Shown here: positions 38,922-53,069 of the stretch, one piece after another
Layout of the letters: the number at the start of each line of letters is the position of its first letter
How positions within the stretch are numbered: the first letter of the stretch is position 1
DNA from: Eledone cirrhosa
Lineage: Eukaryota
Direction of reading: 5' to 3'
Assembly: GCA_964016885.1 (NCBI GenBank)
Contig: OZ024742.1
Span: forward strand, 214,768,001-214,832,000
DNA: 64,000 bases
Notes under the pieces: generated by a model
What the model was told of the DNA's origin: nothing
What the model saw: the letters and a program-made list of their open reading frames with translations, nothing else
Database searches by the model: none
Made by a program: the position numbers and the translations under genes

Positions 38922-41900
38922 CTACAAGCTTATAAACAGAAAACGCCCAATCACTCGGGCCATTTTCGCTTTATTCACCCACCTTTCAGTAAATTTACTG
39001 GGGTGCAGTGCCTCTCTCTCCACTCTGATTCTCCTTCTAAAGTGATATTTAAAGAAGGGAATCAATTGTTGTTCGGAAAGAAAGGCATCTGTCCTCAGTC
39101 CTCTCAATCTAGTACATTATATAACCTCTTTCACCATAGACACTGTACAGAGGAAAACCGCCTATCTTTCGTTTTTGAAAGAGGCTGGCGGTTTGATCTT
39201 TACTATGGACTCGGCAGTCAACTGGATTTGTCCCATACGCGACAGCAGTTGTTCTGCATAGTTCCACAGGTCGCTTACGCCATGGAAGTATACAATTGCA
39301 TGCAGGACGGTTTTAATGTCCTACGCGCATCTTGGACACGTCCTCTTGGAAGGATCCCTGCCGGGGCGTCCGTGCTTATGGATCTTCTCACGAATGGGTA
39401 GAGCTCCTCGGTAGCACTTCCAGGCCAGGGACCTCTGGAAATTGTCCACAGGTCCCGTGCGGAAAGTCCTACCGAAAACACTGGTGAGCTCGTCGTCTTC
39501 GACACCTAGAGTCTCCCCGAGCACGTCGTCCCACTTGTAATGTACTAACCTTCTATAGAATGTCGAAGTGAAGTCTCCACTGATTGCTGTGCCCGCTTGA
39601 CATAGGTCTGTGAGCGCCTGGGCGCATTCAATGTGCCAGGCGCCTATATTCTTAGGTCTTCGCTTGACCCAGGACTGCAGCTCCGTCAGCGATACAAGTT
39701 GTGGGAAAACCTGTCTCACAAACGGTGCCCACACGGGTTGGTTTGGTCGGTGAGGATTAATTGGAGATGCCGTAGCCTCAGCGCATGTTTGCGCATCATT
39801 AGACACGGCATGACCAGCCCTCCGTTGGAAGGGTGTTGACAGCAGACGGATCTCCTCACCAATCGAGTCTGCTTCTTCCACAGGAACTGGAAGAGCATGC
39901 GTACACTTTTGGTGATGTATTCACGGAGAAAAGGCACGACAGTCAAGCAGTAGTAGATGATGGACGCTATGAAAGTGTTCACCACCTTCGCTCGACCTTT
40001 CAAAGACAGTTTGCACTCTGCCCACTTCTGGGTGAGCGCAAATACATTGGCCATGACCTCGTTTTTCTCCACCTGGAGGTCTGGACGGAACCAGACCCAG
40101 AGCAATTTCACTAGTCCTTCCGTAAAGCGTCCGAAGACGCTGTCGGACGGCATCGGTTTGCCTCTCCACGTTCCGAGTTGGAAACCGACAGGCATGCCCG
40201 GGTTCAGTTTTGCTCCTGTCAACATTTCGTATGCCTGTAGTAGGTTGCTGATTACCTTGATTTCCGATGTTTTAGACACCATGCCCGTCACGTCATCGGC
40301 ATAAGCCGACGCTGCTTTTCGCAGTCCCGGTTCTAAAGGGATGCATTGCAAAAGCTCCAAGTTCCGCGAGAGTGGCTCTGGAAGCAATACGTACAGAATT
40401 CAGGAAAGAGGGCATCCTTGTCGAATAGAAAGCGTGATTGCGAACGGCTCCGATAGGTAGCCGTTCACCTTGACCTCCGAGCAGATGGTGGTGTGCATCG
40501 CCTTGATCCAGCCTCTGAAAACGGGACCGAAACCGGCCGCCTTGAGAACCGCTTCCAAGTATCGATGGTCGACCCTATCGAATGTCTTAGACTGATCTAA
40601 ATTGATCAGAGCCCCACCGAAGCCGGGTTTACACCCCGCCCTCCATATGATGTATTGCATGAGATGGAGGTTGTCGTGTATAGACCTGGTCGGGATTGCA
40701 CACGTTAGCGCTTTTCCTACCAGGCTTTCGACGACAAGCGCCAGCCTCGTTGCTAGCACCTTCACTAAATCTTTAACTCTGTGTTGAGCAGAGTTATGGG
40801 CCTGCAATTGTTTATTACGTCCCCCTTGTTCTCGTCTTTCCTGATCAGCGTTACTACGCCCTTGCCTGTAGAACTGGGAATTGTCCCGTTCTGCTGCCAA
40901 TTGCAGTAGACGGCTTCGAAGAGGCCAGAGAAGAAAACCGGCATGCCTATGTAAAACTCATACGGTAGACCATCTAGACCGGGTGATTTGCGTTTTCCGC
41001 AGAAGCCCAGAGCGTCCCGTTTCTCAGTGGCTGTGATCGGTCATTTGCAGAACTCGGCGTCCATGCTCAAGAGACGCGGCAGGCCGTCGAGGATGAACCA
41101 ATGTCCATTGCCCCTGTTCGGTACACCGTCGTTCTACTCAAACAGTCACGCAAAGTGCCGCTGAAAGGCCGCGACATATCTGCCTGGGGTCAAGAAAGTA
41201 GCACACGTCCGTTTTGGTCTTTCAAAGACCGAATCGTGGACTTGTAGCCACTTTTCGCTTCCGCCACTCGGGCCCAGCTAACAGCTTTTGCTCCCTCGTT
41301 TCCTAGAGTTCGTGATTTACTTCTGACCACACAGTCTTCGTGTTTCGCGCCGAAGAACTGGTCCAGTGCCGTTCTCGATGCTAGCACTCTAGCTGCGTTG
41401 CCACTCCTAAGCGCCTCTTCTACCTTGGATACTAACTAGTTCTGTATCTGATTTGTTTTTCTCTAAAGCTAATTTTCTGCTAAACCATATCGATTCTACT
41501 CTAATTGCTCTCTTGAGAGAGTACCACCATCTATTGTTGACGATGGCTCCTGTCAACTGTTGCTTAACTAATCTACTTATCCGATCACTATAGGCTTTTC
41601 GTGCTGGCAACGACACGTTCAGTTTCCAGTATCCGGGTCCTTGTCTATGATCAAGTATTTGGAAGAATTTAGTCAAATAACTTTTTCAATAAGAAGCTGG
41701 TGTTTGGAACACAACTTAAGGGTTCTTACCATATATTTCTTAAAGAAAATCACTGTCTATTATTTTCAAATAAATCTGAAAATCCTTCTATCACGGTTGA
41801 CTCTGCAGTCGACTAGTTTGTGATCTGAATAGGGAACCATGTGCATTTGTGGACAGTTAACATCTTCTTGTCCTTCTCTCTAATGAAAAAGCTATCTAGA

Positions 41901-42501
41901 TACGATCTAGATGTCCCACTGAAGTTTGCCCACGTCCACTGTGGTGCACTCGGGAAATCTAGTCGATATTTATCGACCAGTTGGAATTGGCCGATTAGAT
42001 TTTTGAGGCTGTTACACCTCGCTCTACTGGGACATGCGCTCACATAGTCCCATCGTGCAACTAGGATACCATTCTAGTCCCCCATTAAAAGCAAGCAGCG
42101 AGACGTTCCCAGAAAAGACTCTAGCCGCTTAAAGAAGTCTGGTCGCAATTGTGATTGCCCGGTCGGGGCATAAACGGTAACCAGTCTGAAGGCTACACTT
42201 CAAATACTGTTCACGTCTAGGACTCCCAGTCTACCCTCCCGATCCAAGTGTACTTGCTGTACTTCGAGATCCAGGTTTGTCCGAAATATAACAGTCACTC
42301 CCTCTCCACTTCCCGGTTAACAGAGAGATGCGTAGATCTCAAATTCATTGAAGATGGGGGTTAGTTGCTGCCCGTTGTGGATCCTGGACACGGTGATGGC
42401 TATTACATCTATACCGTGTGGCCTAAGGTCGTTTTAAAGTTGGCCCTGTTTCCAGGGCATCCCTAGGCCACATCAACGCTTCCAACTCGTAAGTCAGCCA
42501 T
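38922..42501 (-). pseudogene. Tx1-like ORF2 (APE endonuclease, RT, zinc-binding domain), disrupted
   Basis: ORF-track pieces 41813-42043, 41407-41676, 41190-41387, 40400-40900, 39716-40387, 39321-39881 and 38922-39107 are colinear; putative ATG at 42501. Confidence 0.9.
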
Positions 42502-42542
42502 GTTTTTGGAGAAGATTTGGCGAAAAGGACGAAAAGGTGCAC

Positions 42543-44073
42543 TTACCTTTTCGTTTCCTGGAGATCGGGTTGTTCAATCTCCATTTCAGTTCTGATGGTG
42601 ATGTTGAAGGGGGTGGGGATACATTTAAACAGGACACGGTTTATTGATTTTTGGCAGGGGTTGGCAACGTCCTGTGAAAACTGTTCTTTCATTTTCTGAT
42701 AGGTTTCTATCGAAACCCTTATTAGTTTTAGCTGTGGTTGAGAGTCTGTTTTGACAAATGTTTTCCCCTCAGTTTCCACTTTGGGGTCCTGTGAGATGAC
42801 CTCCATCAAATCTTTGTTGTATGTGTTAATGTATGTGTATTGTTGTTTTTTTGTGTTGTTTTGGTTTGTTGTTCATTTTGTAGTTTTCTTTTTATGGTGG
42901 ACATTTGTGTTTGGCGTGGTGTTGGTGTTTGTTTTGCTGGTAGGGAGGGGGATTGATTGTGGTGGTTTTTGTTTTGCTGGTAGGAGGGTGATTGTGGTGA
43001 TGTTTGTGTTATTGTTTGTGTTGGTGGCTGTGTGTTCGTGTTGGTGATTGTTGTTTTTGTGGCTTTGGGGTTTCTCTTTTTTTGTTATTTTGATTCCGAG
43101 GCTCTCCTTCATCTTCACTTTGGGATGGAGAAGTAGCCTCGTCTGACGATGAATCGTCATCAGGGGCGTGTGGGGCGGGGTATGTTGTGTGATGATGGTG
43201 TGTTTGTGTGTGTGATTGTGGGAGCGTGTTGGATGGAGTGGGATGGGGTGGGACTGTGTTTTTAAGGAGAATTGTTTGTGTTTTTTCTGTTGTTTGTGTT
43301 TGAACAGTTGTTTATTTCTGTGTGTTTGCTTGTTTTGTGTGTTGTTATTGTTGTTGTGGTTTTTGAGTTGGTGTTGGTAAAAGTACTGTTTGGGGCTTGT
43401 GGTGTTTGTTCGTAAGAGGGGACAGGAGGCCTTTAAATGCGATGTGCTTGCACATTTAAAACAATGTGGCCTCCACAGGTCTGCCGAAATCTGTATATAG
43501 TTTGTATTGTCTACTGGCACCCTTGCTGGTATCTTGGAAATTCCGTGCGGTTTCATTTGGACCAAAATTTCCAATCGTGTGACGTTCCAGGTGTTTCTTG
43601 TGGATTTTTGAATCGACAGTATTGTCCTCCAAGAACCCTGCCAGAAACCACCAGATGTTAATGTTGGGTGGTATATTGGTAATGTTTATTATTTGTGTTC
43701 TTTTTCCCATGTATGTAGGGAAAAATGTGTGTGTGGCAGAGCTGACCGGGGTCACTGAGTATTTTTTCACAAGGGCCTCACTTTTGAAGAGCACCGAAAT
43801 GCTTCCATATAGTTTAGCCCTTTGTATGAATTGTATGTCTGGCATTGCCTCTTTCAAGACGATTGAGTAAGGAAAGACGTTTTTGTTTTTGTTTGTTCAA
43901 AATCGTGCGAAAAATTATAGTGTCGGCTTTGATTTGTGGCGGAGAGTTAATTTTAAATCGCCCTTATTCCTCAAAGGTAATATATTTTTTCCTTCATTGA
44001 TCATTTTCTTCGCATTGGAAATATCAATATTTGTAAAAGTTCCTTTAGCATATTGCTTACATTTATTCTTCAT
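42543..44073 (-). pseudogene. Tx1-like ORF1 (RRM-like region, CCHC knuckle, low-complexity tail), frameshifted
   Basis: ORF pieces 43456-43857, 42873-43574 (CX2CX4HX4C) and 42543-42809. Confidence 0.75.
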
Positions 44074-45195
44074 GTGTTAAATAAACATTGGTCGGAAGGT
44101 GCTTTATATAAATTTGCAGCCCATATACGTTCAATAGAAAATATATATTTAAATCATAGTAGAAATTAGTAGTAATTAGTAGTACAATTTTGCGTTTTTG
44201 GAGGAGGTGCCATCTGTTCAACATTTGTAGGAAATCTAAAATATATATATTCCCATGGACATTTTCTTGTCGTTCATGTTAATCATATGTCTGATTATCT
44301 TGATATCCCTGATCATTTAAATCTGATGAGGCGTATCAAATGGTTACACATTGATACAGAGAGACAAAAATGTGTGTCAAATAACACGAAATCCTACAAA
44401 TGTTTACATAGGTGCAGCTAGATTTCCCTCGGACTACCCTATTGTTTAGATGTTGCGCTCCTCTGAGCCTTGGGTATAATTTGTCAGAAAAGAAGCCCCA
44501 ATTTATACGATGAAAGCGTTGGTTTGTTGTGAAAGACACTAAATATTTTAGCCTACTACTTGCTTGCAATATGCCTATTTCATAAAGAGTGATCAACTGC
44601 TATATATAAATATCACCAGTACATGATTTTTTCCTACCTAATTGAGCTAATTGCAATACATTTGTGAGAATGATTACGCTGGTACACGAGGAATTGAAGA
44701 ACAAATCAATCTGTTTTATAGGTTACTTCAATGGCGCTACATAGCTTCTTTATTATATAATAATTCAGTTATAAAAAAAAAAGAATGTTTCAGGCACTGA
44801 GCGAATTCCGATTTCTCACTCTATATAACATCAGATTTTGGTGAAAACATTAAATCCATAACGTTAATCCCATGAAGTGTGTGGAAGTTTACATTTATTT
44901 TAGTATGAAACTATCAAGAACATAGTCAAAATACTTAACTTTTAGTAATTTCATTCTAATTAGATTTTTATATATTTACATTTTACTGTGCAGATGTGAT
45001 TTCTAAATAAGTTTCTGTCTGCCTATCTATGATAAACGACTTTGTTATAATTTATTAAACGAGATTTGGAAAATATACGCTAGAAATAATTCTCCTACTT
45101 ATTAAAATTTTACAAATATTTAACGAATACCTAGGTATAAATCAGAACTATCGCATTAATGAGTAACGAAATATTCATCTTACATTATATTGTGA

Positions 45196-45376
45196 ATTGG
45201 CAGTGTCGGTAGAGGGTTGGACGCTATGCTTTCTAGCATAGTTACGTCCCTTTAGAGTCTGAGTTCAAATCCCGCCGAGGTTAACTTTGCCTTTCATCCT
45301 TACGGGGTCGATAAAATAAAGTACCAGTAATGTACTGGGTTAATTGCTGGCTTTGTGCCAAAAGTAGAAACAATTA
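45196..45376 (+). mobile_element. tRNA-derived SINE, short subfamily
   Basis: Matches the copy at 20916. Confidence 0.9.
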
Positions 45377-46129
45377 TATTAGATACATTATTTATTTTCT
45401 ATCGTTTTTTATACTGTAGTGTTATTTATGTTCTTGTTATAAATCATAAAATTCACCTCTCGAAATTATAGGTTTCATTTTGAAAGCAACAGCCTGTGAA
45501 TAGTAGGAAACATATTTTCCTGCAAGATATATTTCAAATATGTTTATATTTTTCTTGGAATTGTGCGTGCCTTTAGAGAATGTCAACGAATCTTCAGAAA
45601 GTTGGTGTAAATACCGAAATACGCCTCGGAATATTCCATGAATTAAAAAAAAGTCTCATAAACGCATCTGGATAAAAGGTGTACACAGGAGATAGACTTA
45701 CAGACTTAACCGAGTTAGAATAGAAACATGTTCATGATCCTTTTGCAGTACTGATTTCAACATTAAGTGGTTAGTTATGTTTCTCACCCTGTTCTATTTC
45801 TCTGCAGGTATTCTCAGTAATAAAGCGCATTGTGAGACCACAGGTAGCTCAGTGATACATTGCTAAAAAAATAGTGCTTAATAAGTAAGTATTAAATTAG
45901 TTAGGGTTGGATAAGAATTCCATAAAATGAAAAAATAGACGAAATTAGCTAATCTCCGATAGAAATTTTAAAGGATACATGCAAGATCTTACATCATAAT
46001 ATACATAAAGGCGACTGCTAAGTTGCTTTGATGTGTTTAGAAGAATGTGTATACGACCATTCTTTGGGACATTATGATGCAGGCATGCCAAGATACGTGT
46101 TACCTGCAGCTTATATATATATGTATATG

Positions 46130-46198
<69 letters not shown>

Positions 46199-46200
<2 letters not shown>

Positions 46201-46796
46201 ACGTAAAATAAGAAAATAAAAAAAAAAAAGATTTAAAAAATTAACTTACTTACTAAAATTTTCACTCCAACTAATTAGTTTCTGCAATGGGATAAAGACA
46301 GTTACGTAATATAACCGTCGAAAATTCATTGCGTCATCAGGGTGTCTATTCTCAGCTAAGTCTCCAGGCAATGCGCGGACACTGGGGACTCATATAAACA
46401 TAATAATAATTCGGTAGATGGAACAGCTAGCGGGGACTGGATTCCATGCACTGAAAAGCTCGCTGTCTCTGGTCAAATGGCAGATTCTAAAGAATCAATC
46501 AGGTGACACTGAGGGTAGTAGGAAGGATGGGATGGTAAGATGACAGAAGCCTACTACCACACCAATGAATTAGTAGTGGTTTTGGCAGGTTTGCTCAACA
46601 AATAAATACTTTGGTGATAAATATAGAGAATTTAGTATATCTACTAACATATGCGTACAGATGTACGCTAATGCTAGCAAATACATAAGTTATGTCATAC
46701 TACCTAGGTGGTTCAATGCAGGAGGATGCAGAACAATGATATGAAGGACGTAAAATAAGAAAATTAAAAAAAAAAAAGATTTAAAAAATTAACTTA
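46199..46796 (-). mobile_element. Small ORF-less HHR element, ~547-bp unit with ~50-bp terminal direct repeat, inserted in (TA)n
   Basis: GGACGTAAAATAAGAAAAT...GATTTAAAAAATTAACTTA at 46199 and 46746; HHR at 46263-46345; (TA)n on both sides. Confidence 0.75.
46263..46345 (-). ncRNA. Type I hammerhead ribozyme, canonical core
   Basis: ACACC|CTGATGA|cGCAATG...GACGGTTA tattacg TAACTGTC...CATTGCa|GAAA CTAATTAG TT|GGAGT; palindromic stem III. Confidence 0.8.
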
Positions 46797-47783
46797 TATA
46801 TATATATATGCACATAAGCGCCAACGCTCTCACACAAGCATTTATATATATTTATAATACATATATATGAATGTGCGTCTGTGTATGTGGATGCTTACGA
46901 AACAATATATTGAACCTCACACTGGGAAAGCTATGCACACTCTAAGTTTAGAACATCCTCAAAGTATATCTGTAATGAGTGAAAAAAGTTGTAAATATAG
47001 ATACATACACGGCAAAATTTCTTCTTCCTATAATCTTAATAGAAATATAATATCAGTCACTTAAATGTCACATTAATGACTTTTACATCTTATGGTCTCA
47101 ACGGTCATAATAAATGCATTAACTCTAGTGAGGAACATGCTGTTTATAGTAGTTCAAAAGTAGGATTCATTACTAAGAAGTGGAAAGAAAAATATTTCGG
47201 TTCCGCTCTATAATACATATATAATAGTCTATTTTTTAGGTGTTTAAATCTTCAGATTTGTTGTTTTACTGGAGAGAATAATTTCCCACCCGTCAAAATA
47301 AAAATACCCACATTGTAGATGAAATAATTATATAGTAACAACTTTTAGATTCTAACACAATAACTGTTGCGTGTTTGCCTTATCATAAAATTGTCTATTT
47401 ATATATAACAAAACGAGTTGATGTCATTGGGTTCTTTGCCAGATGCTACATTAGATTTTCTAACAACGCCCTGATGCTAAGTGGATGCATTTTACTTTTC
47501 TTTTTCTCTCTTACATGTCTGTCAATCTAATCTGTTCGTTCCTCACGCAAACATCGTCTATTTTACGTGGTTGTTTTACGTAATTAAATCGTCGAAACCA
47601 CAGGTGGTCTAAAAGCTTATGAGTGTATTTAAATGTTTGTGTGATCCTCTCTCGCGCATTTTCTACCTTTTCTCCTTTATTCTTGTCACCTCTGCGGATG
47701 TGATTTTAAACAACCAGCTTCATGAACTCATCAGGCAGATTCTATATGCAATAAGGTTACGTCCCAACGCAAACCATACTAAA

Positions 47784-47995
47784 GGGAACAGACGAAGGCT
47801 TCCAAACCAATATCTTTTTCCGTTCCCTAACCGCTTTATTTCGTATTCCCATGAGATCGTATCGTGATTAAACTGTCTGATGAGATCATGGCGTTGGTTG
47901 CCTAAAATCACTTGGCCACTGTGGTAATTCAAATATGTATCAACGCCTTATCAATAAAGGACTTTAACATCTTCAACTTCGCATTTTTCTTATAC
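47784..47995 (+). mobile_element. 3' end of an HHR-bearing repeat homologous to 17911-18135
   Basis: GGGAAC.GACGAAG...TTCCC hairpin, CTGTCTGATGA core, and a TGTATCA...TAAAGGACTT.AACATCT...ACTTCGC tail ending at a microsatellite. Confidence 0.6.
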
Positions 47996-48007
47996 CCACT
48001 CTCTCTC

Positions 48008-48068
<61 letters not shown>

Positions 48069-48594
48069 CTGTGTGTGTGTGTGTGCGTGTGTGTGTAGAT
48101 CGATACATAGATAGAATAGAGCCAACAACTTGACTCATACTGTTTTGCAGGTCTCGGGCGATTTAGAATTATAGTGACATATTCAAACATATGAGATCGT
48201 AAAACATTATCTCCAACTACTTTACATCATTTACTATGGCTCCCATATGTTTCTAGCTCTACATATAGCAATGTCACTACAATAATGGTGAATTGAGACA
48301 TTATGCTTATCTTACAATAACTATAGTTACCGATATTACAATGGTTATCATTTTTATACACATCATATTCACAAATAGCACTATTTACGTTAGTACTTAC
48401 ACTATATTCTTCAGAATTATGAAATAGATGATGGTTGTCATCATCGATTGAATAAACCTCGTCGTAACAGTTATCAACCTTATATCCGTCACATTGTGAA
48501 CATCATAATATTAATTTACTTCCTCATCACCATCATCACAGGGAACAGCAAACCTTAAGCATGATGTTCATCTATATTGTCACAATTGTCTCAT

Positions 48595-48637
48595 GTTGTT
48601 GTTGTTGTTGTTAGTGTTGCTGTTGCTGTCGTTGTTG

Positions 48638-48681
<44 letters not shown>

Positions 48682-48701
48682 GTTATTATTATTATTATTA
48701 T
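48595..48701. repeat. (GTT)n(ATT)n microsatellite
   Basis: Read directly. Confidence 0.9.
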
Positions 48702-49048
48702 CAACATAAATATCGTTGACGTCATCATTTTCATCTATGTTGACCTATGCGCAAACTTATTTATGCAAACGTTTTGACATTTGCAAGAGCTATAAAAACA
48801 ATTGGCCTCTATATTTGAATGTCAACCATATAACCGATAAAACTTTACATTAGAGACTGCATTTGTTTGTTGAAACATGGTCTTCCTGAAATACAGTATC
48901 ACTTTGTGTGTGCGTATTTATGTGGCGATGTATGTATTTGTATTTATATATTGGCATCCATGGGTTTGTGTACACATTTATATGTGTAAAATAACGATTA
49001 CAATGACTATACAGGAACACACATATGTACATACGGACACACAGGGAA

Positions 49049-49123
<75 letters not shown>

Positions 49124-49523
49124 TATGTGTGTGTGTGTGTATGAGAGTGTGTGGGGTGTATGTTTTAGTGTGTATGTTTGCTTGCATATGGCTTCTATTA
49201 TTAAATGTACATATGCTCATCCATTAAACCAGTATCTGCTTCCTAAATTTGACATTCTAAAGCCTTATAAATAAATGCATATATAAATTATTTTACACTA
49301 TACCGTCTGTAATATTTTATTTGCCTACGTTTTAATGTTTATATTCTGCCAATGTCACTGTAATTTCTCGAATTTATATTTTTACACATTTTCACACTGT
49401 CAATTCTCGAGACGATTGAAACAATTGATCGAACATTTTGCGTCGTGGATATTGCAGGAACAATTCATATATGATTTTACCTGAAAGGCGTTTACCTCTT
49501 TGACCTATAGTAATCAAACAAGG

Positions 49524-49742
49524 ACGGTAGATTGGCAGTATCTGTAAAGTGCCGGATAACATGTTTTGCGGCATATAGTCACGTCCCTTTACGTTCTGAG
49601 TTCAAATCAACCTGAGCTTCGCTTTGCTTTTCATCCTGACGTGGTCGAGAAAATTAAGCACCAGTAATGAACTGGGGCCACTGTAATCGACATTCACTTC
49701 TTCCATAAATTGTTGGCCTTGTGCCTAAATCAGAGACCATTA
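49524..49742 (+). mobile_element. Diverged tRNA-derived SINE, long subfamily
   Basis: GATTGGCAGTATC...GAGTTCAAATC...TTTCATCC...GGCCTTGTGCC. Confidence 0.75.
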
Positions 49743-51067
49743 TTACTGATAGATTCATCTCTCTGAAATACACTTTGATATGTTTTAAAATCCTAGCAGT
49801 TAGATAATACAGATGGAGACAATACGACTGAATCATCTAAATAAATAAATAGATCTATAAATAAAAAACTCACGAACAATAGGAAATCTACATGAGCTAT
49901 GGACCCGTTAGAACTAGGAATCACATCACCCAGAAATTAAAACTGCCATCTTATAAATAAGGCACATATTTTATGAAAGGAATACAATGTGCATTGACGA
50001 TAACACAGTAATGTCTCTTTTAAGAATAAGTAACGTCTAATTGAAACATCACCATTAAAGTGTTATAATTCTCCTTTTGCTAAACAAACTCACAATTAGT
50101 ACATAAGTAATATCTTTATGTAAATGTCAAAGGAAAAATAGTGTTCGGGGAAGATATACACAGATCCTAATATTTTATTGAACAAATATAAAATGTCAAT
50201 TAGATACTCTTTCCACGATGCCGATGGTGTCTGGTTTCACTAACTACATACACGTTTGACACTAGATATTATATTTACAGATATGGAGGTTGCTGGGATA
50301 ATAGTTTTCGGAGATGCCCAGCAGTATTTGTAGTGATTATCACGGAATAGAAACCGAAAGGTCGTTGGTGAGTGTGTAGCTCTATATTAAACTATTATTC
50401 GCTTAAAAATCATCATCTGGTCAGTGAATGAGAGAAGATTCATTTGCAAACATTAGAACCAAGTCTCCGGTCTAAAGATAATCATTTCTATTTTACTCAG
50501 AATGTATAGAGACCCAAATTAATGTTATATGTCTTGCGTTTCCTTCTTTGATTACAGTATAAATTAAAAACAAAAATATCTAGTCATATAAACAATAGCT
50601 GATCATCAATTATATGATGCCTCTGTGGATTAGATACGAACCAATGACATAGACATTCGAAATGGATTCTTTTGACAATTCTATAGCACTGTTACAGGTT
50701 ATATAATTATTTTTCTGGGACATCTGTTAGTATAATTATAAGACATTCTTTTTCCTCACATAAAATCAACCACTAACACGAGAATATATCGAATACGTCA
50801 ATGTATATAATATGATTAATGGAAACTAATCGAACAAAAGAACGAACATATTCGACAAGTATTAAATTGAATCCATCATCATATATTACCATTTTGCATT
50901 TGTTAATTTGTTTCCAAAGACAAAAACGAAGAAAAACGTAGAACACTGTGAATGATAAAGTTATTCAATCTCGTTCATGACTAAGAAATTAGTATACAAA
51001 TCAACAGAGAATAATGGCACATAATCATTAATACATATTAAAGGAAATACCAACACACACAAACGTG

Positions 51068-51185
<118 letters not shown>

Positions 51186-51576
51186 TGTGTGTGTGTGTGT
51201 GTGCCCCACGAAATTAATATAAATTAATGTATCAATTATACAATCTAGATTACTGTATTAACACAATTATATCCATCATTTAAATCTATGTAGCCCAACA
51301 TTTAATTACGAATAGATACGTCAATATTAACACTGGCATCTGATGTTGACATTTTCTCTTTACACTGAAATCATGGATATCAGTCTATTTATTTTATTGT
51401 GACAAATTCATATTGACGGGGAAACAGTATTTATATAATCTCTGTTTGAAGTGACCGGTTGCGCTTTTGACAAACATATCAAGACAAATAGATAAGATCT
51501 CTAACATGTGTTGTAGTTTTATCATTACTACTACCGCAACTACTGCAGCAATGTTCATAGTATCATTATTATCAGT

Positions 51577-52221
51577 TGGAGAAGGGCGGTCGATTAGCAG
51601 TATCGGAAGAGAGTCGGGCGCCATGCTTTGAAGCCTAGAGTTACCTCCCTTTATGATCCGATTTCAAATCCCGCCGAGGTTAACTTTGTCTTTCATCCTT
51701 ACGGTGTCCATAAAATAAAGTACCAGTAATGCACTGGCATAATTGCTGGCCTTGTGCCAAAATGTAGAAACAATTATAATCAACTGGAGAAGAGAGGTGG
51801 ATTAGCAGTATCGGTAGAGGGTCGAACGCCATGCTATGCAGCATAGAGTTACGGCTCTTTACGGTCTGAGTTCAAATCCCGCCGACGTTAACTTTGCCTT
51901 TCATCCTTAAAAGGGTCGATAAAATAAAGCACCAGTAACGTCCTGGGGTCGAGTTAATTGACTTTCCACTCCCTCCAAATTACTTGCGTTGTGCCAATAC
52001 TAGAAATCATTATTATCAGCTGGAGAGGGGCGGTGGATTGGCAGTATCAGTAGAGGGTCGGACGCCATGCTTTGACGTATAAAGTTACGGCCCTTGCCAT
52101 TCTGAGTTCAAATCCCGCCGAGGTTAACTTTACCTTTCATACTTACGGGGTCGATAAAATAAAGTACCAGTAATACACTGGGATAATTTCTGGCCTTGTG
52201 CCAAAAACTAGAAACAATTAT
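51577..52221 (+). mobile_element. Three head-to-tail SINE copies (about 51577-51776, 51786-52012, 52021-52221)
   Basis: Three family matches separated by a recurring TCAGCTGGAGA-like motif. Confidence 0.92.
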
Positions 52222-52244
52222 TATCAGCTGGAGAAACATTACCT

Positions 52245-52279
<35 letters not shown>

Positions 52280-52328
52280 ATACTACTACTACTACCATCA
52301 CTACTACTTCTGCAGCTGCTGCTACTAT

Positions 52329-52360
<32 letters not shown>

Positions 52361-52418
52361 GTGCTGCTGCTGCTGTTGCTACTACTACCACCACCACTAC
52401 TACTTCTGCAGCTGCTGT

Positions 52419-52454
<36 letters not shown>
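52245..52454. repeat. (ACT)n/(GCT)n trinucleotide repeat
   Basis: Read directly. Confidence 0.95.
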
Positions 52455-52455
<1 letters not shown>

Positions 52456-52627
52456 GTTAATTCAGTAGAATTGCAGCAAAGCTTGTGTAAGGACTGTTCA
52501 TTTTAAACTGCACAAACAGCCCTTCATATGGCTCATATATGCATTTCACGGTGTCAAGAACAATAATTGTTGTTCTTAGAAAACACGTATTTTACAAATG
52601 AATAGAATCCTGCTTTAGAAATCAAAA

Positions 52628-52726
52628 TAATTGTTTCTACTTTAGGCACAAGGCCAGCAAATACCCAGTGCATTACTGGTACTTTATTTTATCGACCCCG
52701 TAAGGATGAAAGGCAAAGTTAACCTC
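52628..52726 (-). mobile_element. 5'-truncated SINE
   Basis: 3' half of the family consensus in reverse. Confidence 0.85.
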
Positions 52727-53069
52727 AAAATAATGTTCTGTAATGTGATTGTTTACTAATATTTATGTAAGTAAATTTAAGAAAATAAGCCAACATTTCC
52801 TATTTTACCATAGCACGCAAATCACTAACACATAAGTGATACGATACAATTTGCCAAACAAATTTCTTCCTAAATATTCAGTGAATTTGATGTAAAATAT
52901 ATTTTGGACAGTTCATATTTCAAAGGCAACGCAAATAATCATATTTCCCATATTATAGAGAATTGATGACTGAAATATTGTATAAAATATAATTGTAAAT
53001 ATATACAGAAAGTATAATATCACGTGTAATTTAATTTTCATGTCCTCGAAACAAGACTAAATCGATGTT

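Larger units (their letters stand above)
38688..44075 (-). mobile_element. Near full-length decayed Tx1/L1-clade LINE
   Basis: ORF1 with CFKCASTSHLKASC knuckle; ORF2 with GPGYWKLN, LDQSKTFDRVDH, IRQGCPLS, AYADDV and a C-terminal CPRC; multiple frameshifts. Confidence 0.92.

Noticed and set aside
43143-43163. CTGATGA-containing hairpin on the minus strand
   Set aside because: It lies within Tx1 ORF1 low-complexity coding sequence and has no GAAA partner.
45781-45890. Strong splice acceptor with a candidate 36- or 77-nt exon
   Set aside because: No recognisable peptide or partner exons; it cannot be supported without RNA-seq.
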